DNA of 53,132 bases from contig JBLRXD010000001.1 of the NCBI GenBank assembly GCA_047920935.1, forward strand, positions 8,885 through 62,016. The letters are read 5' to 3'. Below, one piece after another: positions 17,391 through 25,612 of the stretch (within the stretch, counting starts at the first letter, position 1; every line of letters begins with the position of its first letter). The position numbers and the translations under genes were made by a program. The DNA is from Pseudomonadales bacterium (GTDB taxonomy: Bacteria > Pseudomonadota > Gammaproteobacteria > Pseudomonadales > Azotimanducaceae). The notes under the pieces were generated by a model. It did not search any database. It had not been told where the DNA came from and saw only the letters and a program-made list of their open reading frames with translations.

Positions 17391-18632
17391 TCATGCCGCA
17401 CGAGCCTTCCGCGCGCGCAACTCGCAAGCCACCCGATCGCCGCTGGCGAAGCCCTCTTCATGAGAACCCGCCCCCCAGTAGGCACCGCAATACCAGGTGC
17501 TGGCGACGCCGTTGATCTCGGCGCGCCGCTGCTGAGCGCGGCACGCCTCGGCCGTGAGCAGCGGCCGCGCATAGCTCCGCTCGCTCCACACGTCGGCCAA
17601 CGGAAACGCTGGATTGAGCGTCACGAAGAACTGCTGCTTTTCTCCCAGCGACTGCAGCCGGTTCATCCAGTAGCTGACGCAACATGAGGGCTCACGGCCG
17701 CCATCGACTACCGCGTTCCAGCTCGACCAGGCCCGGTAACGAGCGGGCATGACCGACGGATCCGAATGCACCACCACGCGATTGCTCTGGTAACGGATGG
17801 CACCGAGGACCTCGCGCTCGGCGTTCGACGGATGCTGCAGCAACGCCAGTGCCTGATCGCTGCGGCAGGCGAACACCACCGCATCGAATGCCTGCGCGCC
17901 CGCAGCGGAGGTAACGACGACCCGCGCGGGCTGCCGCGCGACCGAAACCACGGGATCGCCGATGGCTATGCGGCCGCAGAACCGTTGCGCGAACGCGGCG
18001 ACATAGCAGCTGGAGCCGCCGTCAACCACCCGCCACTCCGGCCGTTCGCCGGTCTGCAGCAGCCGGTGCTGCACCAGGGAACCCAACGCGTATACGAGCG
18101 GCGCATCCAGGACGTTCGCCATGGGCAACGACCACATCGCCGAGCACAGCGGCGCCAGGTGGTCTTGGACGAAGCCGGCGGAATAACCGCCATCGTCCAG
18201 GTACTGCCCAAGGGTACGCGGATCGTCGTTGGCGACCGTGGGCGCTTCGCGATGGAGCCGGCGCAGATCGGTGAGCATGTTGAGGAAGCGCGGCGACAAC
18301 AGGTTGCGGCGCTGGCAGAACAGTGCCGCCATATCGCGGGTGCCGTACTCGAGCCCGCTCTGACGGTTGCTGACCCCGAACGAAACCTCCGAGGGGCGGG
18401 TGGCGACCCCCAGCTGCGCCAGCCAGGCGCTGAATTGTGGGCACGCGGGGTAATTGAAGGCGGTGAAGCCGGAGTCGACCCGATAGGTGCGGCCGCCGGT
18501 GAGAATCGCGTGGGTGTCCGACTGCCCCCCCAAACGCCGAGCCGCTTCGAACAGGGTCACCTCCGCCTCGCGCTGCAGCCCATGAGCGGCGGCGATGCCC
18601 GAGATGCCGGCGCCGATGACGGCGATCTTCAC
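17391..18632 (-). CDS. FAD/NAD(P)-binding amine-oxidase-like oxidoreductase
   Basis: N-terminal dinucleotide fold MKIAVIGAGISGIAAAH. The protein is 413 aa and is the first gene of the cfa cluster. Confidence 0.8.
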   Translation of the reverse strand: MKIAVIGAGISGIAAAHGLQREAEVTLFEAARRLGGQSDTHAILTGGRTYRVDSGFTAFNYPACPQFSAWLAQLGVATRPSEVSFGVSNRQSGLEYGTRDMAALFCQRRNLLSPRFLNMLTDLRRLHREAPTVANDDPRTLGQYLDDGGYSAGFVQDHLAPLCSAMWSLPMANVLDAPLVYALGSLVQHRLLQTGERPEWRVVDGGSSCYVAAFAQRFCGRIAIGDPVVSVARQPARVVVTSAAGAQAFDAVVFACRSDQALALLQHPSNAEREVLGAIRYQSNRVVVHSDPSVMPARYRAWSSWNAVVDGGREPSCCVSYWMNRLQSLGEKQQFFVTLNPAFPLADVWSERSYARPLLTAEACRAQQRRAEINGVASTWYCGAYWGAGSHEEGFASGDRVACELRARKARAA

Positions 18633-18878
18633 GCGGGTTTTCCCCTACCCACCATGCGCATCGGCGCTGCCCGAGCCACGGAGACTGAAGCAGCCGCGAT
18701 CACGATTTCGCTGCGGATCGTTTCCAACCAGCGCGGCAGGGTGTCAAGCATGTGGTCACCGAGGTTTAAAGGCCGACTACTGTGACCAAGGCGTTGTGAA
18801 AGCCGTGTCAATTGCCGAGTCGGGCTCCGCTCAGCGGATTCACGGCTGCTTCACGGCGCCGGGCATACCGTGCGCTCC

Positions 18879-19517
18879 ATGAAAAACCTCCGCGACAACA
18901 ACAAGCCGTTGCACACGTCACCACGCCGGTTGCGCCCCGCTGCCCTACTGGTCGTTGCCCTTCTGGCCATTGCCGTCGGCGTGGCCGGCTGCAGCCAGAC
19001 CCCCAGCAAACCTTATGCCGACAGCTACCGCAACGCGCTGGTCGAACTGCACGGCACCACGGCTGTCTCCACAGCCATGACGGAACGCTTCGTACGTTTC
19101 TTCACTCACGAAGACGGAGCCGGCGCGGCTGCCGAGATCATCGACCCGGACGAGATGTACGGCGACCCGATGTACTTCAGCGACACCCTGGTTACCACCC
19201 GAAACCGCGACGTTGCGCTCGAGCACCTGCGGCGAATGCGGTCATCCACTGGCGCATTGCGCATCCAGGTGATAGATACTCAAGTAAGTGGCCAGGACGC
19301 GTACCTGATCTGGCACATGGAAGCCAGCTTCGAACCCGTCCGGCGGACGGTGACGTCGAACACGGTGGGCGTGACCCATCTTCGCTTCGACGAGCAGGGG
19401 CGCATCATCCTGCACCAGGATTTCTGGGACAGCGCCGAGGGGTTTTACCAGCACGTGCCGGTGCTAGGCACGGTGATCAACGTCGTCAGGAGGAGTTTCG
19501 GCCGCGATGAAGAATGA
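18879..19517 (+). CDS. NTF2/SnoaL-like lipoprotein
   Basis: Signal peptide plus lipobox (LLAIAVGVAGCSQ). The C-terminal half resembles SnoaL-like domains (...HLRFDEQGRIILHQDFWD). The start is ATG 18879 or GTG 18870. Confidence 0.6.
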   Translation: MKNLRDNNKPLHTSPRRLRPAALLVVALLAIAVGVAGCSQTPSKPYADSYRNALVELHGTTAVSTAMTERFVRFFTHEDGAGAAAEIIDPDEMYGDPMYFSDTLVTTRNRDVALEHLRRMRSSTGALRIQVIDTQVSGQDAYLIWHMEASFEPVRRTVTSNTVGVTHLRFDEQGRIILHQDFWDSAEGFYQHVPVLGTVINVVRRSFGRDEE

Positions 19518-20217
19518 ACTGCGAACCGCTTTCACATGGCTTCTGGCCGGCGCTTTGCTGCCGCTGGCGGCGAGTGCGGATACGTCCGGCCGGGAGTACC
19601 ACTTCAGCGTGTATCTGGATGGCAAGCGCATTGGCGATCACCGCTACCAGATAACCGGCCTGCCGGGGTCCGAGCGCGTGCGGTCCGAAGCCAGCTTCGA
19701 ATTCAAACTGCTGTTCGTCACCTTGTACCGCTACCAGCACGTCGCCAACGAAGCGTGGCGAGATGGCTGCCTCACCGATCTCGACGCGGTCACCAACGAC
19801 AACGGCCGCGATTACCGGGTGTCGTCGGATCAGCGCCAGTCCTACCTGCTGCTGACGCGTCTGGAGCCCGACCGCGAAAGCCGTGAGATCGCCGACTGTC
19901 CCGCGAGCTTCGCCTACTGGGATCTGCAGCGCATGAAAGCCGACGCGCTGATCAATGCGCAAAATGGCGAGGTGCTGCGCACCCGCTTGGTTCGCGAAGG
20001 CCGCGAGCGCCTTGCTGACCGGGAAGTGGTGCGGTACCGCCTGGAGGCCGAGGGCCTGAGCCCCATCGACCTGTGGTACCGCGCAGAGGACGACGCCTGG
20101 GTTGGGCTGGCGACGCGCCGCGACGGCCGCCTGCTGGAGTACCGGCTGGAGTCAGCGCCGCCGCGGCAGCCGTCAGTCGCTGATGACGCCCGGGTTGAGG
20201 ATGCCGTTGGGGTCTAG
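19507..20217 (+). CDS. exported protein, DUF3108/DUF6134-like
   Basis: Signal peptide LLAGALLPLAASA followed by YHFSVYLDGKRIGDHRY... The gene overlaps the upstream gene by 11 nt. Confidence 0.5.
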   Translation: MKNELRTAFTWLLAGALLPLAASADTSGREYHFSVYLDGKRIGDHRYQITGLPGSERVRSEASFEFKLLFVTLYRYQHVANEAWRDGCLTDLDAVTNDNGRDYRVSSDQRQSYLLLTRLEPDRESREIADCPASFAYWDLQRMKADALINAQNGEVLRTRLVREGRERLADREVVRYRLEAEGLSPIDLWYRAEDDAWVGLATRRDGRLLEYRLESAPPRQPSVADDARVEDAVGV

Positions 20218-20248
20218 ACTGCCTTTCACTCAGCCATCGATCACCTCT

Positions 20249-20308
20249 CTGATGGCGGCCTCCCTGATGGCGGCCTCCCTGATGGCGGCCGCCATCATGG
20301 CGGTCGCC
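20249..20308. repeat. 15-bp tandem repeat (about 4 units, the last degenerate) spanning the amidase stop codon
   Basis: Units are ctgatggcggcctcc x2, ctgatggcggccgcc and atcatggcggtcgcc. The repeat contains the perfect 16-bp palindrome GATGGCGGCCGCCATC. Confidence 0.85.
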
Positions 20309-21881
20309 GTTTGCCCGCCGCCTGCTCATAGGCGTACGCCAGCGCGAGCAGCCGCGGCTCGCTCCACGGCGCTCCCAAGAGCTCCAGGCCCACCGGCAGC
20401 CCCCCGGCGGCGAACCCCACCGGCAGCGACAACGCCGGCAGACCGGTGTTGGCCGCCAGCAGGCAATTGCTGCCCGGCTGCGGCTGCCCCGCCAGGGCCG
20501 GCAGACGCCGCACCGTGGGGTAGACCAGCGCGTCGAGCCGCGCCTCGGCCATCTGCGCCAGCAGCATCCGCCGCAGCACGTCGCGCTGAGCCAACGCTTC
20601 AAGATATTCGCGCCGGCTGGCCGGGGCCATGGCCGCCGAGGCGCGCAGCGAGTCGTCCACGTCGGGATGATGGAGGCCGGCGGCGATGATGTCCTGCAGC
20701 GATGCCACCGGCGCATCCGGGTTGTCGCGGAGATAACTATTGATGTCGCGCTTGAACTCGTAGACGAGAACGAAGAAGCCGTTCATGTGGGCCTCGAACG
20801 CCGGCCACAAGCCCGGCACCGACACCCGCACGATGGTGGCGCCCAAAGCCTGCATGTCGTCCACCGCCACCCCGATTACCTCGGCTACCGCGGCGTCTTC
20901 GGGATCCACCAGCAGCGCTTCTTCCAGCACTCCGATGCGCGCCCCCCGCAGCGCCAAGGGATTCAGCCCGACCGCGTAGCTCGTGGGCCGGCGGCCGTAG
21001 CCGTCCGCCGTCTGCGGGTCGCGTGCATCGACGCCCACCAGCGCGTCCAACGCCAGGGCCAGATCCGTCACCGAGCGGCTGAGCGGGCCGCCGATGTCCT
21101 GGGTGTGGGACAGCGGCACGATGCCGCGGCGGCTGAGCAGGCCCTGGGTGGATCGCAGGCCCACCAGGTTGTTGAACGCCGCGGGGATGCGAATGGACCC
21201 ACAGGTGTCACTGCCGAGGCCGAACACGGCCAGGTTGGCTGCCACCGCGGCGGCTGTGCCGCTGCTGGACCCCCCGGGGTTGTGCGCCAACGCGTAGGGA
21301 TTCACCACGGCGCCGAATGCGGAGCCTACGCCGGTAATACCGTAGGCGAACTCGTGCATGTTGGTCTTGGCGAGGATGATGGCCCCCGCCTCCTGCAGGC
21401 GCTGGACCAGATAGGCATCGCGCGCCGGCGAAAACCCGCCGAGCGCCAGGGACCCTGCAGCGGTGGGCATGCCGCGGGTCTCGTAGTTGTCCTTAACCAC
21501 CACCGGAATGCCGTGCAGCGGGCCCCTGACAGTGCCCGCGGCACGCTCGCGGTCGAGCATCCTGGCGCGCTCCCGGGCCCGCGGGTTCCGGGCCGCGATG
21601 CTGTTCAAAGCAGGCCCCGCCTGATCGAGAGCCTCCATCCGGGCCAGGTAATAATCCACCAGCGCCAGCGCGCTGGTACGGCCGGCACTCATGGCCGTCT
21701 GCAGACCGAGGATGGATGCCTCCAGGGGGTCGAAAACGGCCTCGGCTCCCACCGGCGCCCCGGCTACCGGCACCAGATCGCTGCCGGAAACCTCGCCCAG
21801 GACGGGCGGCGCGCCCACGCCGGCCGCGGTCAAAACCACCATGACGGCCGCCCAGGCGACCGGCCGCGGCCAGCCGCTCAT
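20295..21881 (-). CDS. amidase-signature family amidase, exported
   Basis: Amidase-signature motif GGSSSGTAAAVAANLAVFGLGSDTCGSIRIPA and an N-terminal signal peptide. The ATG overlaps the upstream stop as ATGA. Confidence 0.85.
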   Translation of the reverse strand: MSGWPRPVAWAAVMVVLTAAGVGAPPVLGEVSGSDLVPVAGAPVGAEAVFDPLEASILGLQTAMSAGRTSALALVDYYLARMEALDQAGPALNSIAARNPRARERARMLDRERAAGTVRGPLHGIPVVVKDNYETRGMPTAAGSLALGGFSPARDAYLVQRLQEAGAIILAKTNMHEFAYGITGVGSAFGAVVNPYALAHNPGGSSSGTAAAVAANLAVFGLGSDTCGSIRIPAAFNNLVGLRSTQGLLSRRGIVPLSHTQDIGGPLSRSVTDLALALDALVGVDARDPQTADGYGRRPTSYAVGLNPLALRGARIGVLEEALLVDPEDAAVAEVIGVAVDDMQALGATIVRVSVPGLWPAFEAHMNGFFVLVYEFKRDINSYLRDNPDAPVASLQDIIAAGLHHPDVDDSLRASAAMAPASRREYLEALAQRDVLRRMLLAQMAEARLDALVYPTVRRLPALAGQPQPGSNCLLAANTGLPALSLPVGFAAGGLPVGLELLGAPWSEPRLLALAYAYEQAAGKRRPP

Positions 21882-23158
21882 CGAGCCTCCGGGAACATCG
21901 GGCTCTGTCCCAGGCCGGGCACCGGCTTGCCTTCCGAATCCTTCGGCGGGTCGATCTGCAGCAGTCGCGCCACCGTGGCGGCAACGTCGACCTGATGAAC
22001 CTCGGACAGCTCCAGGTTGGCATCTACGCCCCGCCCCAGCGCATAGAAAATGGCGGCCATGTCAGGGTGGCTGGGGTGATAGCCGTGGCCACCGGTGCTG
22101 ACGACGAACCTGGTCAGCAGGGACGGCAGCAGCCCCTCGGTGCCCGCTGGCCGCGAGAACGTGTATGGCGGTTCGGTGATGAGCACCACATCGCCACTGC
22201 GACGGGGATGGTGCAGGCGCAACTCGGCGGGCAGCTGGTCTCTGCGGTAGGCCTGCGCAGGCTGCAGCTCCGCTGCAACGGCAAGCGCCGCGTCGGCCTG
22301 CTCCGGATCGTCCAGATAAACCTGAGCCACCGCGGTGCCCGTGACCCGGGCGCCGATGCCCGCCCGCTCCAGCGCGCCGCGCAGATCCAGATAGCGGCCG
22401 GTGGCCGCCATACCATGATCGCTGACGATGATCAGGGTGGTGGTGCCCCACAGAGCCAGTTCATCCATGCCCGCCAGCAGTCGCTGCAGCTGGATATCCT
22501 GCCCCCGCAGCTCCCGATTCACTTCGCGGCTGTCCGGGCCGTGACGGTGACCGACGGAGTCGGCGCCACGCCAATAGCTCATGATCAATCGCGGCCGCTC
22601 GCCCGGCGGCAATGCCAGCCATTCGAGGATCTGCGCCACCTTGACGGCCTCCGGTCGGCTGCCATCGAACGGCGTCATCCGGTAGCGGGTGCCCTGGCCG
22701 CGCCAGTCGGACTCGGAACCCACCCAGAAGTAGGTTGCCGTCGGCACCCCCTGACGCTCCGCAGCGATCCACAACGGCTCGGCCTCGATCCAGTCGGCGT
22801 CGGCGCTCATCCGGTAGCGGCCGCGTTCGGCATCGAAAAAGTGATTGTCGATGATGCCATGGCGGTCTGGATGGGTGCCGGTGGCCAGCGACACGTGCCC
22901 GGGAAAAGTACTGGAGGGAAACACCGGTACCAGGCGCCCGGCGCGGACGCCATCCCGGGCCATGCGCTCGAGCCCGGGCAGGCTGACGCGATCCGGGTAG
23001 TCGTGGCGCACGCCGTCCCAGGACAGCAGCACCACCACCGGAGCATCGATGTGGCCGCCAGCATCGGGTTGCGCCTGCAGGCTGCCGGCCGCCAGCAACA
23101 ATAGCGCCAGCGCCGACAGCAGTGCCGACAGCGGCGAATGGGCCAGCCGGCAGCTCAC
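21878..23158 (-). CDS. ectonucleotide pyrophosphatase/phosphodiesterase (alkaline-phosphatase superfamily), exported
   Basis: Contains VVLLSWDGVRHDY...FPSSTFPGHVSLATGTHPDRHGI. GTG 23158 overlaps the upstream stop as GTGA and yields the signal peptide SCRLAHSPLSALLSALALLLLAAGSLQA. Confidence 0.8.
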   Translation of the reverse strand: MSCRLAHSPLSALLSALALLLLAAGSLQAQPDAGGHIDAPVVVLLSWDGVRHDYPDRVSLPGLERMARDGVRAGRLVPVFPSSTFPGHVSLATGTHPDRHGIIDNHFFDAERGRYRMSADADWIEAEPLWIAAERQGVPTATYFWVGSESDWRGQGTRYRMTPFDGSRPEAVKVAQILEWLALPPGERPRLIMSYWRGADSVGHRHGPDSREVNRELRGQDIQLQRLLAGMDELALWGTTTLIIVSDHGMAATGRYLDLRGALERAGIGARVTGTAVAQVYLDDPEQADAALAVAAELQPAQAYRRDQLPAELRLHHPRRSGDVVLITEPPYTFSRPAGTEGLLPSLLTRFVVSTGGHGYHPSHPDMAAIFYALGRGVDANLELSEVHQVDVAATVARLLQIDPPKDSEGKPVPGLGQSPMFPEAR

Positions 23159-23928
23159 GAGCGCGCTCCGGGCGCTGCCGCCAGCGGCAGGCGCCGCCGA
23201 GCGCTCTGCAGGCTCCGGAGTTCCCGGAGAACGGGCATGGCGTCCAGGTCGGCAGCGCCCAAGCGCTCCCAGGCAACCCTTTCGGGGGGTGGCAACGGGT
23301 CGGCGACATGCAGGCTGCGAGTGGGGGTGCAGATCACGGCCAGCGGCTGGTCGGTGCCATCCACCGGGAAATCTCCCACCACCTGCAGGTCGTGCACGGT
23401 GGTCGCCACCGGCACCGCCGCCCACCCCAACTCGCGCAGAATGGCGTACTCCAGATCGCTGTATCCCGCGCCCTTACCCGCGCGCTTGCCGCTGGCGGTA
23501 ACCGCCACGCAGCCGGTGACGATGGCGTCGAGTTGCGGCATTTGCTCCAGGGCCACCGGAGCCGCCCAGCGGGCCATGGTGGCCCGGGTGGCCGCTTCGC
23601 CAAGGCTCATCCGCGGTATGCGCTGCGGATCCAGCAGCATGAAACCTTCCTGCAGCCGCGGGGTCGGCACGTAGACCCGAATGCCGTGCTGCAGCGCTGC
23701 CTCACGAACATAACGCTGCGGTGAATCCGGGTTGACCTTGATGCTGCGGGCGCTCTGCAGCAGGGGTTCCTGCAGCAGCCGACGGGCGGCGGCGGCCGCG
23801 CCTGCGAAGTTGGCAATCCGGCCGTGGGGAGGCAGCGGCGCGCGCGCTACGCGGCGCTGCTGCAGGGTGTCCCAAACCCACTGTCTGGCCTGGGCCTTGG
23901 TCGCGAAGGCTGCGCTGCATGGCTGCAC
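23155..23928 (-). CDS. 5-formyltetrahydrofolate cyclo-ligase family protein (long, archaeal-like subtype)
   Basis: Contains ...HGRIANFAGAAAAA..., IKVNPDSPQ..., VPTPRL..., GKGAGYSDLEYAILRELG... and TTVHDLQVV. The start is uncertain: GTG 23928 is preferred, while the ORF-track TTG 23985 lies inside the palindrome. Confidence 0.7.
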   Translation of the reverse strand: MQPCSAAFATKAQARQWVWDTLQQRRVARAPLPPHGRIANFAGAAAAARRLLQEPLLQSARSIKVNPDSPQRYVREAALQHGIRVYVPTPRLQEGFMLLDPQRIPRMSLGEAATRATMARWAAPVALEQMPQLDAIVTGCVAVTASGKRAGKGAGYSDLEYAILRELGWAAVPVATTVHDLQVVGDFPVDGTDQPLAVICTPTRSLHVADPLPPPERVAWERLGAADLDAMPVLRELRSLQSARRRLPLAAAPGARS

Positions 23929-23955
23929 GATGGGAACCCGATTTCCGGCTGCGGT

Positions 23956-24002
23956 GCCTCCCAGTGTACTGATTGGCAGGGGCAATCAGTACACTGGGAG
24001 GC
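23956..24002. promoter_or_regulatory. perfect inverted repeat (20-bp arms, 7-nt spacer) in a divergent control region
   Basis: The left arm is gcctcccagtgtactgattg (23956..23975) and the right arm is caatcagtacactgggaggc (23983..24002). They are exact reverse complements. Confidence 0.9.
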
Positions 24003-24017
24003 CGCCACGGAGGCTCC

Positions 24018-25370
24018 ATGGGTAACTTCATTCTGCAGCGCTACCCGGCGCTGGGTTTTCCGATGTTTCGACGCTACTGGCTGGCGTCGTTCGCCTCCGT
24101 GGGCGCAACCCAGCTGATCATCCTCGGCCAGGGCTGGCTGATCTTCCAGCTGTCCGGTTCCGCATTTCAGCTCGGCGTGCTCGGGGCCGCGGCCGCGGTG
24201 CCCAACATTCTCATGACCCTGGCCGGCGGCGTCATCGCCGATCGCTTCGACAAGCGTCGTATCCTCATGTGCACCTCGCTGATCATCACCGTGCTGCTGG
24301 CACTATTGGCGTGGCTGGACGCCACCGACCGGGTAGCCGTCTGGCACGTGCTCACCATCGCGGCGCTGTTTTCGCTGATTAGCGGCCTCGACTGGCCGGT
24401 ACGGGTGTCGCTGTATCCCGAACTGGTCAGCCGTTCGGCCTTCATGAGTGCGGTGGCGCTGAATTCATTCATCTGGCAGGCCACCCGCATGGCGCTGCCC
24501 GCCGTGGGCGGCCTGCTGATCGCCGCCACCGACACCTCGGTGGTGTTTGCGCTGGGCGCGCTGGGTTTCTTCGTCATGTTCGCGGTCATCAGCACCATCC
24601 CGATCGTCAAGGCGCAGACGGCTGCCGGCTCGGCCTGGGACCAGGTACGCGAAGGGGTGAGCTTCATCTGGCACCGGCAGCTGTTCCGCTGGCTGATCCT
24701 GCTGACCTTCGTGGGGATGTTTTTTTCCCAATCCATCAACCAGATCATGCCGGTGTTCGCCCATCTGCTGGATGCCGGCGAGACCGGCTTCGGTTACCTG
24801 CTGTCCGCCGGCGGCGTCGGCTCCGTGGTGGGCACGCTGCTCATCGGTGGCATCCGCCGCTACCGCCGGCTCGGGCTGCTGATGCTGACGGGCGCCGGCC
24901 TCGGCGCGGTGACGGTGATGATCTTCGCGGCGCTGGCGACCGCGGGCTGGTTCGTGGCCGCGCTGCTGGCCATGTTCGTCGGCGCGCTGTTCGCCTCGGT
25001 ATTCATGATCAGCTCGATGACGGTAATGCAGCTGTCGGTACCCGACCGACTGCGCGGTCGGGTCATGGGCATTCAGACCATGGGCTTCAGCCTGATGCCG
25101 CTGGGCGGTCTGCTGCTCGGCGCTCTGGTGGAGCAACTGGGCGCAGCGCCGGCAGTGTGGATCGGCAGTGGCGTCTATCTGACGGTGATTCTCTGGGTTG
25201 CCGCACGCAAGCGCAGCGTTCGCGACCTCGACGGTCGGGCGGTGAGCGATGCCCACGATGGCGCCCAGGATCAGGCTGGGGGCGACGCGGCTGCGGCAGC
25301 GGACGCCGTCAATGCGGACGCCGTCAATGCAGACGCCGTGACCGCAGCACCTGGCACCAGGCGGCCGTAA
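24018..25370 (+). CDS. MFS transporter (EntS/MFS_3-like)
   Basis: About 12 predicted transmembrane segments. The N-terminus is MGNFILQRYPALGFPMFRRYW... with ...GGVIADRFDKRRIL. ATG 24018 has GGAGG 4 nt upstream. Confidence 0.8.
   Translation: MGNFILQRYPALGFPMFRRYWLASFASVGATQLIILGQGWLIFQLSGSAFQLGVLGAAAAVPNILMTLAGGVIADRFDKRRILMCTSLIITVLLALLAWLDATDRVAVWHVLTIAALFSLISGLDWPVRVSLYPELVSRSAFMSAVALNSFIWQATRMALPAVGGLLIAATDTSVVFALGALGFFVMFAVISTIPIVKAQTAAGSAWDQVREGVSFIWHRQLFRWLILLTFVGMFFSQSINQIMPVFAHLLDAGETGFGYLLSAGGVGSVVGTLLIGGIRRYRRLGLLMLTGAGLGAVTVMIFAALATAGWFVAALLAMFVGALFASVFMISSMTVMQLSVPDRLRGRVMGIQTMGFSLMPLGGLLLGALVEQLGAAPAVWIGSGVYLTVILWVAARKRSVRDLDGRAVSDAHDGAQDQAGGDAAAAADAVNADAVNADAVTAAPGTRRP
25302..25346 (+). 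repeat. in-frame 15-bp tandem repeat x3 in the MFS C-terminal tail
   Basis: Units are gacgccgtcaatgcg, gacgccgtcaatgca and gacgccgtgaccgca, encoding DAVNADAVNADAVTA. Confidence 0.85.
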
Positions 25371-25394
25371 CGCCGGCAAGGAGGGGCACGAGAC

Positions 25395-25610
25395 ATGGGT
25401 GATCTGGGCAAGTGGCTGATGCTGGCGGGCGTGGCACTGGTGGTGATCGGGCTGCTGGCCCACCTCGGAGCGCTGAGCTGGTTCGGACGGCTGCCGGGCG
25501 ACATCCGCATCGAACGCCCGAACGCGCGGTTCTATTTCCCCATCACCTCGATGATCGTGGTTTCGGTGCTGCTGTCGCTGCTGCTGAACCTGGCCCGCCG
25601 ATTGTTCTGA
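25395..25610 (+). CDS. DUF2905-family small membrane protein
   Basis: 71 aa with two transmembrane segments. It has the motif GRLPGDIRIERPNARFYFPITS typical of DUF2905. Confidence 0.7.
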   Translation: MGDLGKWLMLAGVALVVIGLLAHLGALSWFGRLPGDIRIERPNARFYFPITSMIVVSVLLSLLLNLARRLF

Positions 25611-25612
25611 TC

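Noticed and set aside
21995-23104. 369-aa + strand ORF, plus minus-strand alternative-frame ORFs in the ENPP gene
   Set aside because: They overlap the ENPP coding frame, which carries the family motifs. The alternative-frame ORFs are Arg/Pro/Gly-rich.
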